In this document: positions 1 to 9,371 of the stretch, in pieces
How the letters are laid out: each line of letters starts with the position of its first letter
Numbering within the stretch: position 1 is the stretch's first letter
From: Halarcobacter sp.
GTDB taxonomy: Bacteria; Campylobacterota; Campylobacteria; Campylobacterales; Arcobacteraceae
Reading direction: 5' to 3'
NCBI GenBank assembly: GCA_963676565.1
Contig: OY781089.1
Coordinates: 832,001 to 896,000, forward strand
Length of the DNA stretch: 64,000 bases
Position numbers and translations under genes: made by a program
Notes under the pieces: generated by a model
What the model was told of the DNA's origin: nothing
Database searches by the model: none
The model's input: the letters and a program-made list of their open reading frames with translations, nothing else

Positions 1-1
1 T

Positions 2-2701
2 TTAATTATCAATCTAACTGATAAAGCTTTCTCAAATGAAGTTCAAGCACTTATGGGAGCTGTTTCATATAGTTCATTAAATGATTACTTTATTAATACA
101 ACTAGAACTATTAATATGGAAATCAATGATGGTGGAAATGGTGGAACAGCTACTGCTGCATTAAGTTCAAAAGATGCAATAGTAGAAATCACTCCAGTAA
201 ATGACTTACCTGTTATTGATACTGGTGAAACAAAATTTGAAATGGAAAAAGTATTAGGTTCTACAACAGTTGGAACTAGTGAGGATGGAAGTTTATACTT
301 AACTGGAATCTCATTTAGTGATGTTGATGAAACTAGTGATGTTACAGTTGTATTAAAAACAACAGATACAACAACTCAAACTGATACTATGAGTATCTCA
401 AATGGAACTATAAGTGCAGGTGAAACATTCACTTGGGGAGATGGTTCTAACTCTGTAACTGTTACTGCAGCAGCAGGTGATTCAGCTGATAGTATCGCTC
501 AAAAGTTAGTTGATGAAATAAACAATGACTCAAATTTAAATGGTGCTTATACAGCTTCTATATCAGGTAATTATGATGGAAAATTTAGTGTTTCTGCACT
601 TGATATAGATAATATGTTTACAAGTACAGTTAGTGATAGTTCAACAAACACAGATATGACAGCTCAAACTACACAAGAGGTTTATGGATTATTAACAGTT
701 AAGACAGGAGTTACAAATGGAGTAACTGATATAACTGGAAATGGAACTAAGAGTGTAACTTTAGTTGGAACTTTAGCTGAGATTAACACTACACTTGCTC
801 AAAGCGATGGATTAAAATTTGTTGCAGGAAATGGAAATGATGTAGTAACTCCAGGAGTTAACTTCTTAAGCATGAGTATTACAGATAGCCAAAGTGGAAG
901 TGAAAGCTTCAATAAAGAAGTTGTAGTTTTACCAGCTGTTCCAAATAGTTATAGTCAAAATATAACTTTAGAAGAGGATGGTTTTGCAACATTTGATCTT
1001 GGAAGTTTAATTACTGATATTAATGATAATAGTGGTTACTATACATTTGGATTAGTGGGAGAAGCAGGTGAAACAGAAGAGCTTCAAGATGGATCTATTA
1101 ATATTTTAAATCTTGGAACTATTTCTTCAACTCCTACAGTTATTACAAATGGTAATGGTGATGAGATTGGATTTAACCTTGATAATGGAACTTTAATTTT
1201 AGAAAATGATGGGGTTTTAGGTTCTGATTTTGCTAAGTTTACATTTACACCAAATGAGAACTGGAATGGAACAGAAGTAATCTATTATCAATATACTTCA
1301 GGTGATGGAAAAACTGGACCTGTTTCAAAAATCCTTTTATATACAGGTGCAGTAAATGATGCTCCTGAGATTACATCTGGTGATATATTAAATGTAGATG
1401 AAGATACTTCAATCTCATTTGATAGTGCAAATGGAACTAGAATAGTAATTGATGATTTAGATGTAACAAGTGAAGAATTAGAAGTTACTTTAGATGTGAC
1501 AAATGGTAAAGTTACATTAAATGATACAACTGGTGTTAGTATTTTAGAAGGAACAGATTCAAATGCACATATAAAAATTAGAGGTTTATTAACTGATTTA
1601 CAAAATGCTTTAGACAATATGTCTTATCAAGGTAATCAAGACTTTTATGGAAATGATTCATTAAAAATTGAAGTAAATGATAAAGGAAATATTGGAGCAG
1701 CTGGTAATGCATTAGTTACAACTAAAACGATTGATATTACAGTTAATCCAGTAAATGATGCTCCTATTAAATTTTCTGATGAAAATCTTGATACAGAACT
1801 TAATTTTGGTGATGAATATTCTCAAGATATATCTTACATGTTTAGTGATGTTGAAGATAGTAAATGGGATATGGATTTTATTGCAACAGGATTGCCTTAC
1901 GGGATAACATTAGATCCAAGAAGTGGGTTAATTAGTGGTAGAGCATTATCTTCAGGAGTTTATACTGTAGTTGTTACAGCATATGATACAGGTACGCCTG
2001 TTTTATCTGCACCAAGTAAAACTTTTGAGATGTTAGTAATTGCACCTCCAGCTCCAGAAGCACCTGCAGAAGACACTTTGGTTAATAAAACTCAAAATGA
2101 CGAAGCTGATGAAGGTCAAAATGGATTTGGTAATGGTCAAAATCAAGAAGGTGACAATAATGGAGATGATGGTAATCTTGAGATTACAAGAACAGAACTT
2201 ACTTCTATAGTAAGAGATGGTGGACAAGACCAACCTACTGTTGTATCTGCTGGATTTACTGTTGATGTATCTGATAGTGGGCAAATTAGATACAATGATG
2301 AATCCAACCAAGCTTTTGAAACTGTAGGATTAGTTGTTGAAAGAATGGAAATTATTCAAGACCAAATTGAAATTGAAGTTATTGATACAAAAGCTGGTCA
2401 AAAATATATTGCTACATTAGCTGATGGAAATGCTTTACCTCCTTCTTTATCTTTTGACCCAAATACAGGTGTAATCAAAGGAACTTTACCTGCTGGTGTA
2501 GAAGAACTTGAAATTAGTATCAGAGCTTTATCTGATGATGGAACAACAAGAATCCTTAATATTAAAATTGATATTAATGAGTTAAAAGAAAAAGCTAAAA
2601 CAAACGCTGAAGCAGAGTTCGATACATTAAAAAATCAATTCAAGGCAGAAAGTTATAAAATGACTGAATATGGAAGTTATGTAACTTCACTTTTTAGTTA
2701 A
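2..2701 (+). CDS. C-terminal part of a giant Ig-like/cadherin-like repeat surface protein (adhesin); 5' end lies outside the window
   Basis: The frame is open from base 2 (tta att atc ... ctt atg), so the ATG at 53 is internal. It has repeated cadherin/tandem-95-like boundaries (TPVNDLP, GAVNDAP, NPVNDAP) and putative Ig (He_PIG-like) motifs GLPYGITLDPRSGLISG and LPPSLSFDPNTGVIKGT. Composition is acidic and T/D/G-rich. Confidence 0.85.
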   Translation, partial: LIINLTDKAFSNEVQALMGAVSYSSLNDYFINTTRTINMEINDGGNGGTATAALSSKDAIVEITPVNDLPVIDTGETKFEMEKVLGSTTVGTSEDGSLYLTGISFSDVDETSDVTVVLKTTDTTTQTDTMSISNGTISAGETFTWGDGSNSVTVTAAAGDSADSIAQKLVDEINNDSNLNGAYTASISGNYDGKFSVSALDIDNMFTSTVSDSSTNTDMTAQTTQEVYGLLTVKTGVTNGVTDITGNGTKSVTLVGTLAEINTTLAQSDGLKFVAGNGNDVVTPGVNFLSMSITDSQSGSESFNKEVVVLPAVPNSYSQNITLEEDGFATFDLGSLITDINDNSGYYTFGLVGEAGETEELQDGSINILNLGTISSTPTVITNGNGDEIGFNLDNGTLILENDGVLGSDFAKFTFTPNENWNGTEVIYYQYTSGDGKTGPVSKILLYTGAVNDAPEITSGDILNVDEDTSISFDSANGTRIVIDDLDVTSEELEVTLDVTNGKVTLNDTTGVSILEGTDSNAHIKIRGLLTDLQNALDNMSYQGNQDFYGNDSLKIEVNDKGNIGAAGNALVTTKTIDITVNPVNDAPIKFSDENLDTELNFGDEYSQDISYMFSDVEDSKWDMDFIATGLPYGITLDPRSGLISGRALSSGVYTVVVTAYDTGTPVLSAPSKTFEMLVIAPPAPEAPAEDTLVNKTQNDEADEGQNGFGNGQNQEGDNNGDDGNLEITRTELTSIVRDGGQDQPTVVSAGFTVDVSDSGQIRYNDESNQAFETVGLVVERMEIIQDQIEIEVIDTKAGQKYIATLADGNALPPSLSFDPNTGVIKGTLPAGVEELEISIRALSDDGTTRILNIKIDINELKEKAKTNAEAEFDTLKNQFKAESYKMTEYGSYVTSLFS

Positions 2702-2712
2702 TCTTTTTAATA

Positions 2713-2743
2713 AACCAATAAAGAAAAAATTTCTTTATTGGTT
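2713..2743 (+). terminator. Stem-loop after the adhesin gene (probable intrinsic terminator)
   Basis: aaccaataaagaaa-aaa-tttctttattggtt, a perfect 14-bp inverted repeat starting 12 nt after the stop codon; the U-tract is weak. Confidence 0.6.
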
Positions 2744-2866
2744 CTCTCAAACTATTCTTTAATAAAATTTATATAAATAATAAAAATATATTTATAAATG
2801 ATACCCTTGTAATACTATATTTATGTAAAGTAAAAAATAAAATAATGACTTAAATAAGGAAAAGAT

Positions 2867-4213
2867 TTGAGTAATGATATTTCAAAATTATTACAGTATG
2901 AACATAATTTAAGAGAATGTGATAATGAAAAAGAATTATATTATTCAATTGTAAATCAAACTAGAGAATTAGTTGATTATGAACAAGCAATTTTATTTAC
3001 TGTTGATTTAAGTAGAAAGCCTAAAGTTATTGGGATTTCTGATATTGTAACTGTAGATAATACTTCACCTTTTGTTCAGTTTATGCAAGATTTACTAAAA
3101 GATATATTGTCTAAATATTCTGATGATGAATTAAGATTAATAGATATAAATAATGATTTAGAGGAAGGTTTAAAAACTCAACTAAGAGAATATTCTCCCT
3201 CAAATCTAGTTTATATTCCATTGAAAATTATTAAAAATAGTATTGAAATAGAATATTTTTTAATTTTAACAAAAAATAAAATTTATGAAGATAAAGAATT
3301 AGAAATATTAAAATATATATCTTCTTCAATAAAATATTCTTTGTTTGCTATGAGTAGAGACTCTCTTTTAACAAAGTTAAAAAACTACAATTTTAAAAGT
3401 AGCTATTTTTTATATGGACTAGCTATTATCGTTCTAGCAATGTTTATTCCTGTAAAGATGAATGTTATAGCACCATGTACAATTGAACCTAAAAATCCAT
3501 TTATTGTTACTTCTCCAATTGAGGGAGTTGTTAAAGATATAAAAGTAAATTCAAATGATTATGTAAAAGATAACAAATATTTAGTAAAACTAGAAGATAT
3601 TGATTTAAAAAACTCTTACGAAGTTGCACAAAGAAGACTTGATACTATAAAAGCTGAATTATATAGTGCAAAGCAAGCAAGTTTTTATGATGTTGATAAA
3701 AAAAGTCAAATAAAAAGATTAGAAGAAGAAGTTAAACTAAATGAAGCAGAAGTTGAATATGCAAAATCCTTATTAGATAAAACAGATATTTATTCAAAAA
3801 AAGAAGGAATTGTAATCATTGACAATCCAAATGAATGGAAAGGTAAACCAGTTGTTACTGGTGAAAAAATACTTTCAATTGCAAATCCAAAAAATGTTGA
3901 GATTGATATTATGCTTTCTGTTCATGATGCATTATTTTTAAAAGAAGATGCAGATGTTTCAATCTTTCTTGATAATAGAGTTTTTGAATCATGGAAAGCA
4001 AAAGTAACTAATATCTCATATAAACCAGAATTGACTCCAGAAAATAGTGTTGTTTACAAAATTAATGCAGAGTTTATTGATTTATCACAAAACAATGAGA
4101 TTCCAAAAATTGGTCTTAGAGGTACTGCAAAAATCTATTCAGAAAAAGTCACCTTGTTTTTTTATTTATTTAGAAAACCTATAACTAGTTTAAGACAAAT
4201 GTTAGCGTGGTAA
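2867..4213 (+). CDS. HlyD-like membrane fusion protein with N-terminal GAF-like domain
   Basis: TTG start behind an AAGGA RBS. About 170 aa soluble N-domain, one TM (YFLYGLAIIVLAMFIPV), lipoyl half-motifs (VTSPIEGVVKDIKV; IYSKKEGIV), a coiled coil, and the C-terminal IGLRGTAKI typical of MFPs. Confidence 0.75.
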   Translation: MSNDISKLLQYEHNLRECDNEKELYYSIVNQTRELVDYEQAILFTVDLSRKPKVIGISDIVTVDNTSPFVQFMQDLLKDILSKYSDDELRLIDINNDLEEGLKTQLREYSPSNLVYIPLKIIKNSIEIEYFLILTKNKIYEDKELEILKYISSSIKYSLFAMSRDSLLTKLKNYNFKSSYFLYGLAIIVLAMFIPVKMNVIAPCTIEPKNPFIVTSPIEGVVKDIKVNSNDYVKDNKYLVKLEDIDLKNSYEVAQRRLDTIKAELYSAKQASFYDVDKKSQIKRLEEEVKLNEAEVEYAKSLLDKTDIYSKKEGIVIIDNPNEWKGKPVVTGEKILSIANPKNVEIDIMLSVHDALFLKEDADVSIFLDNRVFESWKAKVTNISYKPELTPENSVVYKINAEFIDLSQNNEIPKIGLRGTAKIYSEKVTLFFYLFRKPITSLRQMLAW

Positions 4214-4217
4214 AATA

Positions 4218-6350
4218 ATGTTTGGTGCACAAGAACAAGAAATAACTCTTCCTAAAATAAGAGAAGATATAAAACTTATGGATAGTGAACCAGCTGAAGA
4301 TGGTACTAAACAATGGATGCTTTTTGACCCTATTCAAAACAAATATTTTATAATAGGAATAGATACTTTTGATTTAATAAACCTATGGGAAGATGGAATC
4401 TCAAGCACAGATTTTTTACAGAAATTAGAAAAAAATGATTATGAATTAGATGAAGAAGGTTTAAGTACTTTTATTAATTTTTTAAATAACTCTGGTCTTT
4501 CAAAAAGTAAAGATGCAAATGATGCAAAAAAATTGTATGAACAAAAGCAAAAAGCTAAACAGTCCCCTTTTAAATGGTTGATTCACAATTATCTATTTAT
4601 AAAAATACCAATTTTTAAACCAGATAAATGGCTTACTAAGAACTATAATAAAATAGATTTTATGTATTCAAAAATTTGGAATTATTTAATACTTACTATA
4701 GGTTTAATAGGGATATTACTTGTTATTCAAGATTGGGAAAACTTTTCATCTACTTTTATGTATTTGTTTTCAAGTGAAGGGATGATGTATTATTTCTTAT
4801 CTTTAGTTTTTGTAAAAAGTTTTCATGAATTAGGTCATGCTTTTACAGCAAAAAGATATGGGTGTAAAATACCATCAATGGGTGTTGCATTTTTAGTAAT
4901 GTTCCCTGTTTTATATACTGATACAACAAATGCTTATGCTTTAAAATCAAAATATATGAGATTAAGAATTGCCTTAGCTGGAATGAAAGTTGAAATTTAT
5001 TTAGCTATGATAGCAACTTTTTTATGGTCATTTTTACCAGAGGGTCCTTTAAAAAGTATAGCCTTTATTATTGCAACAACTAGCTGGATTACTTCTCTTT
5101 TAGTTAATATCTCTCCATTTCTTAGGTTCGACGGTTATTATGTTTTATCAGATTGGACAAATACAAAAAATTTACAACCAAGATCCTTTGCAATGGCAAA
5201 ATGGTTTGTAAGAAAATATATCTTTGGTTTAGAAGAAGTTGAACCTGAAAATATGTCTATTTCTAGAAAAAGATTTTTTATAATCTATGCGATAGGTACC
5301 TGGATTTATAGATTCTTTTTATTTTTAAGTATTGCTTTTTTAGTTTACTATTTTGCATTTAAAGTTTTAGGAATAATACTTTTTCTAGTTGAGATTATTT
5401 GGTTTATATTTATGCCAGTATTTAAAGAATTGAAATATTGGTTTGAAAAAAGATCACAGGTTAGTTTTAACAAAAGAAATATCGTCTCTTTAGTTGTGGC
5501 TAGTTTAATACTTTTTGCTTTATTGGTTCCTTGGAGTAGTAAAGTTTATATGCCTGCTGTTCTAGTAGCTGAAGACTTAACGGATATATATAGTCCTAAA
5601 AATGGCTTTATTAAAGATATTTTTGTAAAAAATGCTCAAATAGTAAAAAAAGGTGATTTATTATTAGAAATAGAATCTGAAGAATTAGACTTTAATATTA
5701 AAAAAGTAAAAAAAGAACTTGAAATCTTAAATATTGATTTAAATAAAATTAATGTAAATAAAGACTTATTAAACAACAGATTTGTCCTTGAAGAAAATTT
5801 TTCTAAAATGAAAAAAGAGTTAGAAGGTTTATATAAATTAAGAGACTCTCTTAAATTAAAAGCACCTTTTTCAGGCACTATTTATTTTAATGATGATTTT
5901 AAAATAAAACAATATGTAAATAAAAAAGAAGCAATCTTAACTATATATAATAATAGAAGTTCAAAAGTTGTGGGCTTTTGTGAAGATGTAGATTATCAAT
6001 ATTTGAATGAATACAGTAATGGTAAGTTTATATCCAATATCCCAAATGTAGATACAATAGAAGTTTTTATGGACAAAGTATCAAATATCTCTTTAGTAAA
6101 TTTAGAATATGAAGAATTAAGTTCAGTTTATGGTGGAAAGATTGCAACTAGACAATCACAAGAGAAAAATCAAAAAGCCTTAGTCAGTGAAAAAGCCTAC
6201 TTTAAAGTAGAGGCAAAGATTGAAAACTTAGATATTAATTTTAAAACAAGAGTTGTAGGTGAGCTTATAGTTGAATCTGAAAAATCAAGTTTCGTAACTA
6301 AAATTTGGAAGAAATTATATAATGTTTTAGTAAGAGAAAGTAGTTTTTAA
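4218..6350 (+). CDS. Site-2 protease (peptidase M50) fused to a HlyD-like membrane fusion domain
   Basis: HExxH zinc motif (FHELGHA) and NxxPxxxxDG motif (NISPFLRFDGYY) within multiple TM segments. The C-terminal part has lipoyl halves (IYSPKNGFIKDI; LKAPFSGTI) flanking a coiled coil. Confidence 0.85.
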   Translation: MFGAQEQEITLPKIREDIKLMDSEPAEDGTKQWMLFDPIQNKYFIIGIDTFDLINLWEDGISSTDFLQKLEKNDYELDEEGLSTFINFLNNSGLSKSKDANDAKKLYEQKQKAKQSPFKWLIHNYLFIKIPIFKPDKWLTKNYNKIDFMYSKIWNYLILTIGLIGILLVIQDWENFSSTFMYLFSSEGMMYYFLSLVFVKSFHELGHAFTAKRYGCKIPSMGVAFLVMFPVLYTDTTNAYALKSKYMRLRIALAGMKVEIYLAMIATFLWSFLPEGPLKSIAFIIATTSWITSLLVNISPFLRFDGYYVLSDWTNTKNLQPRSFAMAKWFVRKYIFGLEEVEPENMSISRKRFFIIYAIGTWIYRFFLFLSIAFLVYYFAFKVLGIILFLVEIIWFIFMPVFKELKYWFEKRSQVSFNKRNIVSLVVASLILFALLVPWSSKVYMPAVLVAEDLTDIYSPKNGFIKDIFVKNAQIVKKGDLLLEIESEELDFNIKKVKKELEILNIDLNKINVNKDLLNNRFVLEENFSKMKKELEGLYKLRDSLKLKAPFSGTIYFNDDFKIKQYVNKKEAILTIYNNRSSKVVGFCEDVDYQYLNEYSNGKFISNIPNVDTIEVFMDKVSNISLVNLEYEELSSVYGGKIATRQSQEKNQKALVSEKAYFKVEAKIENLDINFKTRVVGELIVESEKSSFVTKIWKKLYNVLVRESSF

Positions 6351-6352
6351 AA

Positions 6353-7036
6353 CTACTTTTCTAATCTAGAATTTTTTTCTTCAATCCCAGATAAACCAAA
6401 TCTTCTAGCTATCTCTTGTTTAATTTGGTCTGGATTTATATTTTTAGAAGCAAGGGCAACCATACAGTGATAAACTAAATCAGCAGCTTCATAAACTATC
6501 TCTTCTTTGTCATCATCTTTTACTGCAAAGGTAAATTCTCCAGCTTCTTCAACAATCTTTTTAAGCATAGAGTTTTGTTTACCATTTAAAAGTTTTGCTG
6601 TGTATGATTTTGTTGGGTCATCATTTTTTCTTGACTCTATTACATGGTAAAGGTTATCAATAACTCCATATGCTGATGTTGTATCTATCTCTACTTCTGA
6701 TGTTGTTTCTTTTGTTTCTAAGTTTGTAAAGAAACATGATTTTCTTCCTGTATGACAAGCAACACCAGTTTGCTCAACTTTTAATAAAAGTGTATCATTA
6801 TCACAATCAATTAAAATATCTTTTACATCTTGAATATGTCCAGAGCTTTCACCTTTTTTCCAGATTCTTTGTTTAGTTCTAGAAAAATAGTGAGCTTGTT
6901 TTGTTTTTATTGTTAAATCTAAAGCTTCTTTATCCATATATGCCATCATCAATACTTCATTTGTACTTGAATCTTGTGTTATTACTGGAACCATGCCATC
7001 AACTTTTTCCCAGTTTATTAATTCACTATTTGTCAT
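6353..7036 (-). CDS. hisIE: Bifunctional phosphoribosyl-AMP cyclohydrolase / phosphoribosyl-ATP pyrophosphatase
   Basis: WKKGESSGH, DCDNDTLL, ACHTGRKSCF, SYTAKLL, KKIVEEAGE, EAADLVYH. Confidence 0.96.
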   Translation of the reverse strand: MTNSELINWEKVDGMVPVITQDSSTNEVLMMAYMDKEALDLTIKTKQAHYFSRTKQRIWKKGESSGHIQDVKDILIDCDNDTLLLKVEQTGVACHTGRKSCFFTNLETKETTSEVEIDTTSAYGVIDNLYHVIESRKNDDPTKSYTAKLLNGKQNSMLKKIVEEAGEFTFAVKDDDKEEIVYEAADLVYHCMVALASKNINPDQIKQEIARRFGLSGIEEKNSRLEK

Positions 7037-7044
7037 TTTTTACC

Positions 7045-7299
7045 TTAAAATTTTGATCCAATATTGATATTTACATTATCAATTGTTTTAGTTTCTTTAT
7101 TTACACCAACATCCCCATCAATTTCAAGTTTCTTTTTTCTTTTTTGTTTCTGTTTTACTTGGGGAACTTCATTTAAAAGATTTTCTTTCTTTTCATAATA
7201 CTCTTTTGTTTTTTCAAGTTTAATTGTATCATCAATAATAATTTCATCTTGCGAGTATGTTATGTTTAAGAGTATTAGAAAAAGAAATAGGGGTTTCAT
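7045..7299 (-). CDS. Small hypothetical exported protein
   Basis: Signal-peptide-like N-terminus (MKPLFLFLILLNITYSQ); sits in tandem with its neighbours; C-terminal beta-strand ending in F. Confidence 0.55.
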   Translation of the reverse strand: MKPLFLFLILLNITYSQDEIIIDDTIKLEKTKEYYEKKENLLNEVPQVKQKQKRKKKLEIDGDVGVNKETKTIDNVNINIGSKF

Positions 7300-7311
7300 A
7301 GAAATAGCTTT

Positions 7312-7340
7312 TCAATAAGAGTGAAATTCACTCTTATTGA
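7312..7340 (-). terminator. Palindrome overlapping the SPFH gene stop codon
   Basis: tcaataagagtgaa-a-ttcactcttattga, a perfect 14-bp inverted repeat. Confidence 0.5.
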
Positions 7341-8428
7341 TTATTAATTACAGTATCTCTTGTTTTACTTTTAGTATCAACCCAGATATTTGGAGTTGAA
7401 CCACCAGGAGTTAAGAAAATTTTAGCATCTTTATTTTCTCTAAGTGCTTCGTTAAATTTACCTTGAACTTGAATTTGTTGCATTTGAAGTAATTCACCAG
7501 TTAAAGATTTTGCAATCTCTTTATTTGCTGCTGCTTGTGCTTTAGCTTCAATTGTTACAGCATCAGCTCTACCTTGTGCTTCAATTCTGTTTTTGTCAGC
7601 TTCACCTTGCGCAAGTGCAGCTTTTTTCTCAGCTTCTTGTTTAGCTCTTTCAACTTCATATCTAACTCTTTGAGCTTCTTGATTTGCTATTTGAACTCTT
7701 TCAATTTGATCTTTGATTTTTTCTGGAAGAACAATCTCTCTTAATTGAACAGATTCAACAGAAACAGGTTTGCTTGCAAGTGATTCAATTTGAGTTCTAA
7801 TACCATTTTCAATCATTGTTGCAATTTCATTTCTTCTTGTTGGTAACTCTTCAGCGTTAAATCCACCTACAACATTTCTTACAATATTTCTAACAACCGG
7901 GTTAACAATTTTATCTTCCCATGCTGGTCCCCATGTAGCAATTGTTAATGGAGCACCATCAGCAGTTAGTCTATATTGAACAGTTAATTCAATAGAAACT
8001 GGTAAACCCCTAGCATCAAGAATATTAATTGCTGGGTTACTTCTAATACTTTGGTCAAAACCATTACTTGTTTCAACAGAAGCATAATTCATAAGTCTAA
8101 CTTTTGTATCTACAACTGTAACTTTTTGGTATCCTGGTAGAATGAAGTGAAAACCTGGTCTTAATGGTTGCTCTTCATATTTACCTAATGTTTGTTTAAT
8201 ACCAACATTACCTGACTCAATTGTCATAAATGGTTTTGTTATAAATAAAATAGCAAAAATAATTACAATAGCGTAAATAAATCCTGCCTTTTTACCAAAA
8301 CTTTTGAAGAATTCTGGCGGCTCAAAAGGTGGTTGATAATTTCCTCCACCACCATTTCCACCAGATCCATTACCATTACTTTTGTTTTGCTGTTGTCTAT
8401 TTTTAAAATAGTCGTTATCAATTGGCAT
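7334..8428 (-). CDS. SPFH/band 7/prohibitin family membrane protein
   Basis: Gly/Pro-rich N-terminus, one TM, PGFHFILP, band-7 core, and an AE/AQ-rich coiled coil (EAEKKAALAQGEAD). Confidence 0.9.
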   Translation of the reverse strand: MPIDNDYFKNRQQQNKSNGNGSGGNGGGGNYQPPFEPPEFFKSFGKKAGFIYAIVIIFAILFITKPFMTIESGNVGIKQTLGKYEEQPLRPGFHFILPGYQKVTVVDTKVRLMNYASVETSNGFDQSIRSNPAINILDARGLPVSIELTVQYRLTADGAPLTIATWGPAWEDKIVNPVVRNIVRNVVGGFNAEELPTRRNEIATMIENGIRTQIESLASKPVSVESVQLREIVLPEKIKDQIERVQIANQEAQRVRYEVERAKQEAEKKAALAQGEADKNRIEAQGRADAVTIEAKAQAAANKEIAKSLTGELLQMQQIQVQGKFNEALRENKDAKIFLTPGGSTPNIWVDTKSKTRDTVINNQ

Positions 8429-8450
8429 ATTTACTACCCTTTTTTATTTT

Positions 8451-9371
8451 TTAGTTTACGTAAGTTAAATACTTAACATACTTTTCATTTTTACCTTGAA
8501 CTACATCAAAGTAAGCCTTTTGAAGTGCTTCAGTTACGCTACCTCTTTCTCCTGCTCCAATAATTCTACAATCAACTTCTCTAATTGGAGTTACTTCTAC
8601 AGCAGTTCCAGTGAAGAATGCTTCATCTGCAATATAAATCTCTTCTCTTGTAATTCTTCTTCTAACAACTTCATAACCCATATCTTTTGCAATATCAATT
8701 ACAGTTGCTTGTGTAATTGATTCTAATGAGTTATCATTTGGTGGAGTAATAATAACTCCATCTCTTACAATAAAGAAACAAGCACCAGAAGCTTCTGCAA
8801 TATAACCTTGGTCATCTCTTAATAAAGCTTCATCATAACCAGCTTCAACTGCTTCAAATTTTGCCATTTGAGAGTTTAAATAGTTAGCAACCGCTTTTGC
8901 TTTTCCCATACCTGAAGTATTAGGAGTTCTTGTCATAGATGAAATTTTTACTCTAACACCTTTTTTCATACCCTCTTCACCAAGATATGCTCCCCATTCC
9001 CATGCAGAAATCGAAACTTGTGCAGGAGCATCTTTGTGATAAAGTCCCATAACTCCATAACCAAGATATACTAAAGGTCTAATATAAGCACCTTCAAATA
9101 ACTCATTTTTTTGTAATAATTCAACTTGAGCATCATTTAACTCTTTTGCTGAAAAAGGAACATCAATTAAAGTCATTTTAGAAGAATTTAAAAGTCTTTT
9201 TGTGTGTTCTTCTAATTTGAAAATTGCACATCTTCCATCATGAGTTTTATAAGCTTTTGTACCTTCAATTGCACCATTACCATAGTGTAATGTGTGGCTT
9301 AATACATGAACTTTTGCTTCATGCCAATCAACAAATTTCCCATCCATCCAGATGTATTTTGCTTCAGTCAT
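8451..9371 (-). CDS. ilvE: Branched-chain amino acid aminotransferase
   Basis: LHYGNGAIEG, YIRPL, KAKAVANY (PLP lysine), LESIT, FFTGTAVEVTPI. Start moved to MTEAKY (ATG at 9371, AGGA RBS upstream) because the ORF-track extension overlaps the divergent gene. Confidence 0.95.
   Translation of the reverse strand: MTEAKYIWMDGKFVDWHEAKVHVLSHTLHYGNGAIEGTKAYKTHDGRCAIFKLEEHTKRLLNSSKMTLIDVPFSAKELNDAQVELLQKNELFEGAYIRPLVYLGYGVMGLYHKDAPAQVSISAWEWGAYLGEEGMKKGVRVKISSMTRTPNTSGMGKAKAVANYLNSQMAKFEAVEAGYDEALLRDDQGYIAEASGACFFIVRDGVIITPPNDNSLESITQATVIDIAKDMGYEVVRRRITREEIYIADEAFFTGTAVEVTPIREVDCRIIGAGERGSVTEALQKAYFDVVQGKNEKYVKYLTYVN

Noticed and set aside
2041..2178. Pro-rich then G/N/D/Q low-complexity segment in the adhesin as RTX repeats
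   Set aside because: It does not fit the GGxGxDxLx nonapeptide; more likely a flexible linker
1288..2311. Antisense ORFs inside the adhesin, and similar ones at 5636, 7535, 8496, 9729, 16809, 18176, 23685, 37685, 46170 and 56714
   Set aside because: They are shadows of codon bias on the opposite strand of well-supported genes, with no motifs
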